Assembly: GCA_052426225.1 (NCBI GenBank)
Contig: JBNJNM010000011.1
Location: forward strand, 4,526,001-4,590,000
DNA length: 64,000 nt
Reading direction: 5' to 3'
Source: Zancudomyces culisetae HAW-14-8
Taxonomy: Eukaryota; Fungi; Kickxellomycota
Of this stretch, positions 36,141 through 48,965 are shown piece after piece. Both the position numbers and the translations under genes were made by a program. How positions within the stretch are numbered: the stretch's first letter is position 1; each line of letters starts with the position of its first letter. The notes below the pieces were generated by a model. It made no database searches and was not told the DNA's origin. It saw only the letters and a program-made list of their open reading frames with translations.

Positions 36141-37327
36141 TTATATTTTCAATCCCTTCTTTATTGTCTACAGATTATTTTCCCTCTTCTCGTGTCGTGG
36201 TATCTGGAAAAAGTACATCTGTGTTTTTCCACCCAATTTGTCTATTATGATTTTTAAAGTCACGCAGATTTTATTCAAAGTGCATTTTTGCGTTTGTTAA
36301 TTGAACCAAATCATGTTGAATAAAAAAAATTTTCCCCAAGAAAAATGTGCCAGAACCAAATGTGCGTAATGCCTTACATAAAACCGAATAACTCCAGTTC
36401 TGCAATTGCAAGAATCACTTTGAAAGTGGATAAGCGTACTAGCGCGCAAAAAATAAAAAAGATGATCAGTGCGACTCACAAAAACGGAGCATATGACTAA
36501 CACTATTTCTCTTTTGTAACCGCGATCAATTCAGACTTTATGCAGGATTTTGAAAATGCTACGTAAATGATTATAACATGATTCACACTCGCACATAGTG
36601 CAGGTATCAAGCTTCTCGTTGAGTGGGAACAAGCAATACAACTCACGCTAGATTGGGATCAATGTTGTATCTTTACATATCTAGGTCACACATTTTGAAC
36701 TTTTTTGTTATGTGCACCAAGTATATACAATGGTTATTCACTAAAGTATTTTGTTGTATACCCTCTGCTTTGCTGTTTCAATTTCTTTTTTTCATATTTG
36801 CACAACTTTTTGTGTTTATAATTTTTTCCTCATCTAATGCTAAAATCACAAATCTTTAAAAAGTATATATAAAAATGATGGAATAGCTAATTTTTGAATC
36901 ATCATTTTGCTAGAGCACATTAAAATTTAAGGCCAGTACAATCCTTCCAGCAAATAAAATCAGTAAAGGCTTGTGTTTAATTTGGTGGTGTGAAGTGACC
37001 AAATGGAGATTGTTTGGAAGTTGTAAATAATAATAGTAAAAAAATTTTTTTCCATGCAGTTCCTATTTTGTTGTTCAATCCCGCCTTCTATTTGGCCAAC
37101 AGTATTGGTTTATGAACCAAAATAAAACAAAGAAATTGCAAAAAATCATAAAAAAGCAAATAGTTTGGCAAAAAGGAAACAAAATTATGCTGGATATTCC
37201 ATACAAATTCTTATTTATACATTTGTACGTTATAAAGTTTTATTAACTTCAAAAAACACTCTGAATTCCACGGGTTCATATTTACACTAGGAGGAAAAGC
37301 TTAAATCAACCAGCACAGCAATCAAAG

Positions 37328-38198
37328 ATGGGATTAATTGTTGACCAAGTAAGTATATTTCCAATGTTAGGTTAAGTCCAATTCTCAAATCGATTTCTAA
37401 CTAGGTAATCTTGGTGTAAAATAACAGGTTGTACAATTGGTATCAATATTTGGAACCATCCAAGTCTTTAAGAGACTTGGCCTGGACCAGCCGGAAAGCT
37501 TGCCGTAAGTACACACAGTAAATGTCACTTGTATAAACGTTTAATGCAGACATGTAGGAACAATATAAAAAAGGACCGAAACTGAAGCTTGAACTAAAAC
37601 CAAAATAGAACTCTCCGAGTGGTTTACTGTATTTCAACAGTAATATACTTTTGTGTATGCTTTGGTATGAGACAAATGGCAGCTGCAAAGAACGATAACA
37701 CACCTCTTGAATATCCTGATCCAGATGCAAAGGAAACCCCAACAACTATAGTGACAACCAACAAAGACTATGATGTTTCAGAAGTAATGAAACTTATGAA
37801 ATCATCAGCAATCACTGTCGTGATGATGTCGCTTATCCATTACCAATTCAAAATAGTTCAGCCCCTTATGATCCAGTCTGTCTTGCCTCTCATCACATTA
37901 GTTAGAAGCCCTGCCTTCAACGTTATTGTTCTTGGCAAGCCCGCTGTTGACTCTTATGCTCGTCCTTGGATCCCAAAGAGTCCTTTTGCGTAAGTTTTCC
38001 TTTATTGTTATACATTGGTTTCTTATTTTTACACGCATCTAACTTTTTCCTTGCTACATAAATAGCACTGAGGAGCCAGCTCAACCACAATCTGCCGAGA
38101 CTACCCCAGCTGTTTCTGATAAAAAAGATGAAGCTGGAAAGAGCACTGCAGTTAAGGAAGATTCCAGCTCAGTTCGTGAGAGAAAGACAAAGCTTTAA
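37328..38198 (+). CDS. PHO88: Pho88/Snd3 ER membrane targeting factor; exons 37328-37348, 37428-37504, 37609-37989, 38066-38198
   Basis: Three GTAAGT...AG introns join in frame. Motifs TTNKDYDVSEV, IHYQFKIVQPLMIQSVLP, GKPA....ARPW. Confidence 0.88.
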
Positions 38199-38450
38199 GC
38201 CTTTACCACAAGTTTTTAGTATATATACATGTCTCTTTATACCTTTTCTTCCCATATCGGGTCTTAATGTTTATTTACTGGATCTGGATTTATATATAGC
38301 TTATATTAAATTTTAATAAATAAACTAATAATATAATCAATTATTTTGCGAAAAAAAAGAAAACCTCTTTGAAATATACTTATATACAATCTTTTTCAAA
38401 AAAAGTTGAAAAAAAGAAATAGAAAGCTTTAAGCGAGCGAGACGGATTGT

Positions 38451-39600
38451 ATGCACGAGATGGCAATGTTTAAAAGATATAAAACCCTAGAGTTAAGGGG
38501 GCCCAGTGGTAAAATATATAGTTTAGGCTGGAGCTTGGATGGAAGATATTTAGCTGCTGGTTCTTCTGATGGGAAAATAAGAGTTTGGAAACCTGAACAA
38601 AGCATAAAAGTAATAATAGAAAAATTTCGTATAAATGCTTCTAATAGAAAGCAAATATACTAACACCTAAATGCGTAAACATGTATAGGATTGTTTTGAT
38701 TTAACTGGACATTCTCAACAAGTAACACAAATATGCTTCAGCCCCACCGATCCCGAAATTCTCGCTACTACTTCACTCGACAAAACAATTCGCATTTGGA
38801 ATCTTATTCGTAAGTATCTTGTCAATTAACCATTTTTTATGTCTGTTATCTTTGTTATTTTTTGATTTCTGTTCTAAATTTTCGCTACAGAATGAAATCT
38901 AATCAAAATTTCAAACACAGAGCAAAGTACTATTCACACTATCAGCACTTCTGGAGGAAATATAAACATGGCTTGGAGTTCCGATGGAAAATACATTGTG
39001 GTTGGGAACAGAGAAGATTGGTTAACCCTAATATCGGTGGAAAGAGACGCGAAACTCAAAAACAAATACTCCAGTCGGATAGTTAATCATAAAAAGTGTG
39101 AGATGGAAATAAATGAAATGAAATTTGACAACAGCTGCACAAAGCTTTTCGTAGCAACAGGAAAGGGGGCTATCCAGGAACTAAGTGTACCTGAATTTGA
39201 CTTGAAAACTGAGCTGGTAGCCCATACCTCCAATTGCTACAGCCTGGACATCGACAGCAGTGGAAAATACCTAGCCAGTGGTGCTAGCGATGCTCTGGCT
39301 CTTTTATGGTGTTTGCAGACAAATATCTGCGTCAAAGCATTTGATGAGCTGGAATATCCTATTAGAAGCCTGGGATTCAGCTTTGATGGTCGCTTTTTGG
39401 CCACCAGCTCCGAAGATAAGTTGGTAAACATCCACGAAATCGATCATTTGGCCTTTTCGTGTGTAGAACAAATAAAAGTCAAAAGTGCAATGAATGCTAT
39501 TTCCTGGCACTCCACTAAATATGTTCTTGCTTTTGCCGGCGATGAGCCTTTTGATAAGAGTGGATCGGAATATGTAGTTAAACTTTTTGTTCCCCGGTAA
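38451..39600 (+). CDS. TEX1: WD40 protein THO/TREX subunit THOC3/Tex1; exons 38451-38609, 38689-38809, 38921-39600
   Basis: WD40 repeats WSLDGRYLAAGSSD, GHS..V...FSPTDPEILATTSLDKTIRIW, GGNINMAWSSDG, AHTSNCYSLD, LEYPIRSLGFSFDG, WH.TKYVLAFAGD. TACTAAC branch point in intron 1. Confidence 0.88.
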
Positions 39601-39851
39601 CTGTACACCACATACTATATGTCACATACCATATAAACTATACATTATACTGTCTATCATTTTTTTTTCTACTTTTTCTCCTGACTTAAACAAAACCTAC
39701 AGGATTTCCCTCTGCCACAATGCCCATGTACATTTATTCCGTTTTATTTAGATTTTCCGTTTAAATTCGTTAAGCTTTTATATAAGTTATTATTCATGAC
39801 AAAAAAAGCTAGATAAATTATCATCTCATTTGGGGCAAAAAGTGAATCTCA

Positions 39852-40196
39852 TTAATCGTAAATGTACACCAAACCATACCCTAATGTCCATGCCAGGATA
39901 AAGCTTAGCACATTACCAAGAAAGTTAGAAATATAAACAGACAAAATCCCCCCGCTGCCAAAGTACTTTTTGCTCTCGAATCCGCTTCGTATAAAAACTA
40001 ATCCTGTCAGCATCGTGTACATCACAAAATAAAACACAAAACCTAGATATCCTGTTAGACCCAAAATCCCGCTACTAATTCCAATAAGCCAAGAACCTAT
40101 CGAGTAGATGTTGCCTAGGTTCTGCATGTTCTTCACTCGCTGCGTCTCAAAAACCGCCTCCGATGCTTCCTTTTTTACTTGAGTTTTACTTGCCAT
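39852..40196 (-). CDS. EMC6: ER membrane protein complex subunit 6
   Basis: 114 aa; GISSGILGLTGYLGFVFY and SFILAWTLGYGLVYIY signatures. Confidence 0.9.
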   Translation of the reverse strand: MASKTQVKKEASEAVFETQRVKNMQNLGNIYSIGSWLIGISSGILGLTGYLGFVFYFVMYTMLTGLVFIRSGFESKKYFGSGGILSVYISNFLGNVLSFILAWTLGYGLVYIYD

Positions 40197-40537
40197 CCTG
40201 TAAGTATTTACTTGTCTATTATTCTGCTAGTATATGTCAGCTTCCTGTTTCTATCAGTTATGCTACCTCCCTTTTGTGTTTGAGTTTATGTCTACTTTTT
40301 TTTGAAATTCTTACAGATTATACTCTTACATGAAGTCAGCCTATTTACAGTTGCAATTTTTGTAACATGTAAAAACCAATTAATATAAAATTTCTTCCAA
40401 AAAAACGGCTTCACAAAAAAAAAACATTTGGTTTATTTCTTTCTAATAAGTAGACATTCATCAGCATCACAAAAAAAATGGCAACAATAAAAACCCAAGC
40501 TTATTGAATTTGCACAAAAATGAACGTGGACACATTA

Positions 40538-41743
40538 TTAATGTGAATCTAGAGCATTGGATAGCTCGTTATAACAAGCCTCTACAGCCTGCTTGTCCAA
40601 CCCAGTTACTGTAATCAGAACATTGGCATCCTGTGTCGCAAGCTTGCGTTCTAATCCGTCATTATGTTTTGGATATGAGCCTATCTTTACATTATCCTGT
40701 GCATACTTTTGTTGAAAGTGGGATAAAATTGGTGCTATAAATGACTCGGTAAACCTAGTTCCAATAACTAGCCTTGTGTATCCATCGATATGTATTACCC
40801 TCTTTAGGATTTCATCGCCATCATTCTTCATTGTATCTCTGTTTGCATTCAAGTCTTTGCTTTTAGTTGCAGAAGTATCAATACTATCACTATTACATCT
40901 TTCACCCCCAGCCTCAGTACTTTCCACATTTGTTTCTGTTTTTATCTCCGCTTCTACTTTATACGTATTGGGTTGTTGTTTGGCTTTTAGTCTTTCTATG
41001 ATTAGATCTAATGATTCTCTGAAATAGTATGGAATTCCTGGAAAAACGAACACATTTTTATTGACTACTACTACAGGAACCCAAGAGTCCTTATGTACAA
41101 ATATTTTCTCAGAGATCTTTGGAAGTAGGCCCATTTTTGCTGCTGCTTTTTGACGCAAGCTTCCATCCGGATCTGGAAGAACCACTATTTTTTGCTTGTC
41201 TGAGCTGTTCAAGTTTTCCTGGGCTCTAAGTTCTTGCCACATTTTTTGCATCCCAATCTTTATCTTTTCAATTGTTTCGGAATGGTATTCCAGCTTACTC
41301 CCAAATGCATTTGCTAATGCCTCGTAGGTCACATCATCATGTGTGGGGCCTATACCTCCAGTAGTTATCACCACGTCGTATTTTTTTGATAAGTTTTGCA
41401 CTGAATCGCTTATCTCAGTGATTTCGTCACCAATGACCTCGATTTTTTTCAAATCAAAACCTGCCTCAAAGCATTTCTTGGCTAAATACTCTGAATTACA
41501 ATCCTTCACCTTCCCATTAAGTATTTCATCTCCTATTATACATGCTGCTATCTGCAGAGGTCTATTCCTGTATACGGCTTTTTTTGTGCAGCTATCGCTG
41601 TAACCCTGGATCTCTCGAGCATTTGACGAATCTGTGGTAGTATTTTTACCTGTACTTTTTGCGCAAGTGTGTTTCAAGTTGGCTTTTACCACAATCCCGA
41701 ATTTAACCGCGCCACATCCCAGTCTCCTTCGAACCACAATCAT
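40538..41743 (-). CDS. Molybdopterin-binding (MoCF_biosynth/CinA-like) domain protein, Fpy1/FLAD1-N-like FAD diphosphatase candidate
   Basis: IIGDEILNGKVKDCNS, VITTGGIGPTHDDVTYEA, WVPVVVV, VFVFPGIP, KIGSYP. The Arg-rich N-terminus resembles a mitochondrial presequence. Confidence 0.85.
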   Translation of the reverse strand: MIVVRRRLGCGAVKFGIVVKANLKHTCAKSTGKNTTTDSSNAREIQGYSDSCTKKAVYRNRPLQIAACIIGDEILNGKVKDCNSEYLAKKCFEAGFDLKKIEVIGDEITEISDSVQNLSKKYDVVITTGGIGPTHDDVTYEALANAFGSKLEYHSETIEKIKIGMQKMWQELRAQENLNSSDKQKIVVLPDPDGSLRQKAAAKMGLLPKISEKIFVHKDSWVPVVVVNKNVFVFPGIPYYFRESLDLIIERLKAKQQPNTYKVEAEIKTETNVESTEAGGERCNSDSIDTSATKSKDLNANRDTMKNDGDEILKRVIHIDGYTRLVIGTRFTESFIAPILSHFQQKYAQDNVKIGSYPKHNDGLERKLATQDANVLITVTGLDKQAVEACYNELSNALDSH

Positions 41744-43069
41744 ATTTTATCCTAATTCATTTCCTATTTTTTGACTTGGTTGTGGCTTTATTACAGATTT
41801 CTAATTTATGCCCTTAATTTGCCTTGTAACTTTTTTTTTGCTTGTCTAGGGGCAAAATCAAAGGCATTGGGCTATGCGATTCCCAAATTAGTAGAATTTC
41901 GCGCTGGGCTTTTGAGTCATTATTTTGCATTATGGTGCCGAATGTTGAGGAAATAAACAATAATTTGACAAATAAAAAAGAGTGTATACCAAATACCAAC
42001 ACCGCGCCTTTTATGTTCAGCAACATAGTTTAGAATTTACTTTCTAGTTAAAATGCGACACACCAAAGTTGAATGATAGAAAAGTTTTAGCTTATCTACG
42101 CTCTATAGGTTTATAATACCCAATAAAAAGAACCGGAACACCTTATTATTGATCCAGTCTGACTATTTGGGTTTAAAAACGCCGCAAGGTATACATATTA
42201 GGTTTTACGCTAACCCGAAGCTATTCAAAATGATGTTGAGCACACAAACAACTATGTTACCAAAAATATTGTCCACATCTACCAATTGATTTTTCAGCTT
42301 GACGGAATTCTGGCTTTGTGAATGAAAGTGTATAGCGTGTATGTACTGATACACGTATATGTACGAGTAAATGCAGTGGTTGTACACTTAATATCCCGGA
42401 TGAATGGTAAGATAAACTGCTATGTTAATAAACCCACAACAGCGAATAAACCAGGAGCTTAGAAAGCAACAACTCTTACAAACCCATATACTGACATCCT
42501 TTTTCTCTGGCAAATTACCCACAATTGCCGATTCCGTTTTTATTCTTATTTGAGAAGCTTCAATTATTTTTTTGATGTTGTGAAAGCTAGCTTTAGGCCA
42601 ATGGTGCGTTAGCAGAAATGTTCAGTTTTTTTTTTAAAGCACTTCACAGCGAAAAAAATATGGCAAGATAATTTGCAACTTCAAACGGGAAATTGCCAAG
42701 AAATTTACATCTGTCTATATGTATTTCAACCAAGATTCTATTCCTCTATTGGGCCTTTTTTTGGTTCGCATGACCTTATTTTTTATGACACTCGTTTTAC
42801 AAGTTTGCAATATTTATTCCATTACACTTTTGTTTCATAATTATTAGAAAATAGTGAAAATAAAAGGCGAGTGAAAAAGTAATAGCAAAACAACAATCTT
42901 TACCATCAGAATAAATATCACTATTGCTGTATTAAAAAAATAAGGCAAAGGCAAAAGTAAAGGCAAAAGTAAAAGTAACTATTTACGGATAATTGCTTTC
43001 AAATTGTACAAATAGCGACTTAAATTTACAGCGGAGAATAACCACAGAAAGTACGATTGAGACCTCGAA

Positions 43070-43489
43070 ATGGGTAACTGTTTGTTGGTAATATTGAGTA
43101 TCATATTGCCGCCCTTAGGTGTCTTGTTTCTTAGGGGCATAACGGCAGATTTTATAATTAACATCGGCCTGACAATGTTGGGCTACATACCAGGCCTAAT
43201 CCATGCCATTTATTTAATCAGTAAATATGGTAGCGAGAGATGTGAGGTGCGGGGTTACCATCGTATTGATTCGGATCAAAATCATACAGTAACTCATGTT
43301 GTAATTATCAATGAAAATACACCTACTCGGGCTGAGAGTGAACCCTCCAGCTCTTCGGGCCCTGCGCAACATGTTGTGCCAGCTTCTGTACCGAATGCGA
43401 AGTCTGAATCGGAGGAATTTCCAGGCCCTATTGTTGTTGATGTTAAGAATCAAGACCTTCCTCCAGCTTACGGATCAATCCCCAAGTGA
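43070..43489 (+). CDS. PMP3/Sna-family proteolipid with C-terminal PPxY motif
   Basis: ILSIILPPLGVLF..G..ADFIINIGLTMLGYIPGLIHAIYLI; the tail ends LPPAY, as in Rsp5-binding Sna3/Sna4. Confidence 0.9.
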   Translation: MGNCLLVILSIILPPLGVLFLRGITADFIINIGLTMLGYIPGLIHAIYLISKYGSERCEVRGYHRIDSDQNHTVTHVVIINENTPTRAESEPSSSSGPAQHVVPASVPNAKSESEEFPGPIVVDVKNQDLPPAYGSIPK

Positions 43490-44382
43490 TTATCTGTGTT
43501 TATCGGTTTAATATAAAAGTATCATTCTGGATATTTTATTTGTGCTTTTACCTTTTTATTTTAGCGACTACATTTACAAGAGTCCTTAATCAAAGCACAG
43601 ACCACAGGATATGTGCCAATAAAATTCCTGTTAGTCTCGTACCAAGGTTCATATAGTGTATTTTTTATCTTTACTTTTGCATTTGCTAGGCTCAGTGTGA
43701 ATAGAAGTTGCTCGAGTTTTCTTTTCTATCTTGGCTTTTGACATTTTCTGGGTTTACAGTTCAGTCTTTTCTTTCTATGCGACCCAATGGATTTGTGGAC
43801 CGTGGAAGTTATCTTGCACAAAGTTGAAAACCAGCCTTTAATCAACCAATGTGTTTTCTCCATGCTATTATGTTTTCATCATCTGTACTTAAAATGAAAT
43901 GAACAGATACCTCAGCATTTTCCTTTGAGACGATTGCATGCCATTACGGCTTATCATAAGGTTTCTGTAAAATTGCTTTATTTGCTCGACTTAACCATGA
44001 GATACTACGTTGTTATAGAATATACAACAATTGCTTTTCTTGCTGATCGTTTTACATTTGAACACTTTATAATCTGTTGTGGTGGAATTTTGAAAAAAGA
44101 AAGTTTGTTCCTATGATTATAAGTATAAAAAGGAAACATAATAATAATGGTTGAGCATAAATTCATCAAAAGAACGATACAGATATAGCTTTCACAGTTC
44201 TAGCTATAATATAATTGAGCTAATTCTATAGTCACCACATTACTTAATTTCAACAAATCACTTGGGCCTGTTAAACTGAAACTTTTCAGACTAAAATAAG
44301 AATAAGAACACCAACATATCGCATTTTGGATAAAAATTATATTCGTACAAATAGCGGTTGAAAGGTTTATAGTATATCCGAT

Positions 44383-44844
44383 ATGGAGAATAAAAACAGA
44401 AAACAACAACAAGCTGTCGCAATAGATTCAATCACCCTGAATGTGGTTAGTACGGTCATTCCACCGCTGGGTGTGTATTTTTATAGAGGGTTATCAGAAG
44501 AGTTAATAAGCAGTATAATCATTACAAAACTATGCTATACTGCAGGTGCAGTCCATGCTCTCTATTTAATTCACAAGAATCAAAATAATATGCAGGAGGT
44601 ACTAATATGTACTCAACCAGAGCGCGAGGAACTTAGGACAGTTGTTAGATGTCAAACGTGCAACCCAGCTAAAAGGGTTTCGACACTTTTTTTTCATACC
44701 TTAAGCATCATAGAGCCATCATTGGGTGTTTTGTATCTTCAAGGTGTATCAAAAGACCTGATACTAAACTTTTTTTTGACACGTACCGACTATCTATTAG
44801 GATTACTCCATGCCTTTTATTTGGAAAAAAAGGTATTATCATAG
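44383..44844 (+). CDS. Divergent PMP3-family paralogue with two degenerate PMP3 repeats (possibly decaying)
   Basis: VIPPLGVYFYRG...LCYTAGAVHALYLI and IIEPSLGVLYLQG...LTRTDYLLGLLHAFY; lies in tandem with 43070-43489. Confidence 0.6.
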   Translation: MENKNRKQQQAVAIDSITLNVVSTVIPPLGVYFYRGLSEELISSIIITKLCYTAGAVHALYLIHKNQNNMQEVLICTQPEREELRTVVRCQTCNPAKRVSTLFFHTLSIIEPSLGVLYLQGVSKDLILNFFLTRTDYLLGLLHAFYLEKKVLS

Positions 44845-46231
44845 TGTGTGGGAGCTACGCACTTGATTTAAATAAGTAAACATATATGCATATGTAAGGA
44901 TCTGTAAGCACAGATACTATTCGAAAAATGTAGTGGTGTTGCTGGTGTCAACATCATGTTTAAAATTGGTTAAAATACAGAAATTTGGTACAGAAGCCAG
45001 TAAAATCGAGATAGTACCAAGTCGCTTTTACATAGAAGGTTTTACTAGTTTTTTTCTATGGTATTTAAACAATAGTAAAATAATAAATTTTTTTCAAAGG
45101 CTGCATTCTTCTACATTGATGTTCTTTCTATGTGTATTCTTTTTTTTTTAGCAAGATAGAGAATACAAAGCATGTGGATTTCGAAAAATTGTTTATATTA
45201 CTGTATAGCTTGAGCTCAGTTTTGAAGCACCAATGTTATTGGGGGAAATAAAATGTTATTTACACCATACGTGCCTCCCTTATGGCTAAATGCAAAATAA
45301 CCTATCGCATATCTCAGCATACATTATGTGTTGTGTTAAAATTATGACCTAATTCTATAGTATAGTAAAAGGGTAAACCGAGGTTTTTACAACAATATGA
45401 TTTACATGACTATTGATGCTCCGCATTTTTGGTATTGAAACAACATCATTCAATCAACGTGTAGCTTTTTTCTACCTAGAGTTTCTAATTAACTCTTTTT
45501 CCTTTAATTTTAAAAAGACAAGTGGTTCATATATCTTTTCATTCGCTACTAATTAAGCTGCATGTGAGTAAATTATGAAGCAATAACGCAGTTTTGAAAA
45601 TGTGGTCAATTTAGCAAAATCCTTAGAGGTATCTTCAGCTTTTATGTACATTCACTCAACTTAATTGATTTTTTATGTCAAAAGCCCAGTTTTTTTTTGC
45701 GAACACTGATACACCTTTTGAAAGTTTGATATAACTTTACCTTGCCGAGCTACGCTAATAATAGCAAGTGGGTTATACACAAAAAAAAACATGTACGAGC
45801 ACAATACACGTGGGTTGTGTATTCCTCTAAAAATCTTTTTTAATTATTGGGCGTCGCTGCTTCATTCCTGATTTTTGCCCCATCAACAACAGATGTCCTT
45901 TATACTGAATATTTTTGTTAAAGCTTCGATTTTCAGCAGTAAAACATTATTGGCTCCTCAATGAGAATCATACTGGTCTTCAAAGGTTGCAATCCAAAGA
46001 AAAGAGAGTTATGCAGGGCTACAAAGTTCAAAATAGTATATTCTGGTGTATATCTACTATATTTCTTCGGATTTGAGTCGAAATACTTTGATTCACAATA
46101 TAAAGTGCATACATCTTACTATTACATAAAAAGACAACAATCGAAACATAACTCAACTTTTCAGAAAAGTTAAACGGTTTTAAGCATAAAATAAAATTCT
46201 TAACAAACTATAAAGTTGCCAAACCAAGGAA

Positions 46232-47373
46232 ATGGACATAAAGCTAAATTTTGTAGAGATATACAGCAGAATTGAGGATGAGTATTGGCATTTTATACAA
46301 CTTCTGGGGGTGGTCCTAGTAGCTAACCTCCTTGTGATAGGGAGAGCAACATTGTTGAAAGAAATAGGTATGGAATCATTAAATAACACGGAGGCAGTGA
46401 TCGTTAGTAGCCAGGAGCTGCCCAAAAGTCGTAAAAAAATCAACATAAAGGTAAATTTTACTAATTAACTAACAATATTTGTACTAATCCTATACTTCAA
46501 GCAACTAATACGCAAAATAACATCATACAATAGAATCCTTTTTATTATCACAGCATTTCGGAGCCACAAGAAAGACCAACTAAAAGGAAAATCAACATTT
46601 ATTCAATTTTGAGCATGCTAATAGAATTGCCTTTAGTACGTAGTGAGTTTAGAAATACCGACGATTGTTGGTTAAAGCGAGCAAAGTGGTCGAGCTTTGA
46701 ATATATTGGACATATGTCACTGTATCGTACGATTGAGGAATATTTTATGCTCTTTTCTTGCACAATAGACAATTATAGCGGATCAAATATTACCAAAAAC
46801 AAAATGGAAAGAAAAACAAAAGTAATAAAACCTGTACGAGAGTCGGGTGTCGTACTCAAAAACTCCAGCATCATCAACAGCATGATACGCAAAGCGCGTA
46901 TAAGCGCGCTAATGATAAATTGGAATGAGATCGTTGGTGTATTTCTGTCAGGAGTGAACAATACTATAAATATAACTGGGTTAATCATTATGGTGCATAA
47001 ACCACATGATTCCGAGACCCAAAGAATATACAATACTAAAACCGCTGAGATATGTTCAAGCGAACCACATACGAACGTTGGCAAGAATAAACTGCATTTT
47101 AACAACGGAAATGACATAGAAAGTAGTAGTTTGTGCAAAAATAGTACTAGTGGAGTCAAAATGACCAGAAGCAAGCTTAAAAGAATATTTGACTTTGGTG
47201 TTGATACATTACAGGATTTTGGTGAGCTTGATTCAAGCGTGCTTTTCGGCTCGTACAAAAAGCATAGTGTATATCCATGTAACCTGAAAATACTACAAAA
47301 AAGAAAGAAAAAAAACATCAACGAGCCTCAGCAGCTGTGGATATACAACCTCTATACCAAATACTATAATTAG
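46232..47373 (+). CDS. Possible lineage-specific or degenerate gene (two ORFs, 78 and 254 aa)
   Basis: A 254-codon ORF is long for this AT-rich DNA, and there is a donor-like AAG/GTAAAT at 46451. No clear in-frame junction and no recognisable domain. Confidence 0.25.
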
Positions 47374-48863
47374 ACAATGGATGGTTTCTGTACTTGAGAC
47401 ATAGTGTGTACTTTAGTTGTACTGTATTAATAGTTTTTTTTTTGTTTTTGCATGTGTTTTTATTTGTTACTCCCGTTATATTAACTTAAAGATAATTTTG
47501 CACATTATTAGTCCCAAAAACGCCCATAAAACATCAAAGTACAATAAAATTGTTGATATGGCAGACTGTGTGCATCAAACAGAGGGAGGGTAATTCACAA
47601 ATACTTGTTAAGAATACCAAAAAACATTCTAATTTTTAACTTTATAATGACCATAGTTCAACCGAGTGAGATGGATTAATTTTCTTTGGGTTTGAACATT
47701 TATAAAATTTGTATAACAGACACAACATTTTTATGAGAAATAAATCAGCCTTCCATCCAAGACTCAAGATTTTGCAATATTACAACAATCGAATATTAGG
47801 ATGCTGCTGTGAGAGGTTTTTGTTGTCTCCTGTTTATAGCTACAAGATGAGTCGATTTACCTATAAGAGGATGAGTGTGTGAGTGTGTGAGTTGAATAGT
47901 GAACATCACTCATAAAGCCAAAAATATTTACAAGCTCTCCTTGACTTTCAAAATGAGGCAGTTCATTCAACATAAAACATGCGAATTTCCTTGAAAATGC
48001 TGAGAGGGAAAGAATTTCGTGTTACACCAACAGCTCATTGGATAGTATGATAACAATATTGTTTGAATTCAAACCATCAATATCCCAACCAGAAAATCCA
48101 ATGTTGTGTTTGCGAAATTCTTATTATCGAAAAGGAGCGAGCAACTTGAGTACATGGCTTCCGGTTGGCCATTTCTGGCGGAATATGCTTTCTGTGCTAG
48201 TTGCACAATCATAAAAATGCAGATAAAAATATAAATAGCTGACATGAAATATCTTGGTTTAATAACAAGAGGAGGATGCTAATTATTTTCCCAACAAAAC
48301 CAGTGTCGAAGTTTATCACGAGCTTGGTAATCCATTTGTGTGTATCTATTATGATGGAGGATTTCCACATTTTTCAATATATATTACAAAGTGACATTTA
48401 CCCCCATTAGAACGATACCCAATGAGAATGGCGTTTTTTTAGATACTCGAATTCTATCCTGGAGTTGTAGATTCCTCCCAACACTGCAAACCTCTTTGAA
48501 TGAAACCACGCCAAAAATATTGCATCTTCGTTTAAACAATGGAGTCATGGCCCTCCTTCTCCATACCCAGTTTTCAGGTTAGGTCTTTTTTTAAAATACC
48601 CGCTCCCACTAGGGTCTTTGAATACATTTCCTGCCATAAAAATCGAGCTAAAGTATAATTGATAGTAAACACGTTTTGTGAATCCTTTATCAAAAATAAG
48701 GCCATTCTCCTATTCTGTGGTTATATAAATATACAAAGTTACACCATATACTTCTTATTCCGCAAAACCTACATATATTTAGTTTGCTTTTATTTAAGAA
48801 ACAGTTTCCTTTTTCTATTTATAGCAAAAACAGTACCGCAAGACAGAAAACTTCAACAAAAAA

Positions 48864-48965
48864 ATGCTTTATTCTAACCCATGTCCATGCTCATGCTGTG
48901 GTTCAGGCGCAACCTCATCTAGCTGTGACTGCACAGGTTCTTGTGGAAACTGCAATTGTAGCTAG
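48864..48965 (+). CDS. Metallothionein-like peptide, 33 aa, 9 Cys (MLYSNPCPCSCCGSGATSSSCDCTGSCGNCNCS)
   Basis: ATG in the strong A-rich context CAAAAAAATG; TATAAAT about 140 bp upstream; CxC/CC clusters with Ser/Gly spacers, as in fungal Cu-metallothioneins. Below the ORF-track length cutoff. Confidence 0.85.
   Translation: MLYSNPCPCSCCGSGATSSSCDCTGSCGNCNCS

Noticed and set aside
36518-36540. CAATTCAGACT resembling RNase P RNA CR-V
   Set aside because: No complementary CR-I (GGAA..GTCTGA) upstream to form helix P4.
43760-43882. ATGATGA...CTGA pair on the minus strand
   Set aside because: No terminal stem and no convincing rRNA or snRNA antisense guide.
47700-48650. Slightly GC-richer tract upstream of the metallothionein, possible pseudogene or transposon relic
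   Set aside because: The frames I translated are interrupted and gave no recognisable domain or terminal repeats.
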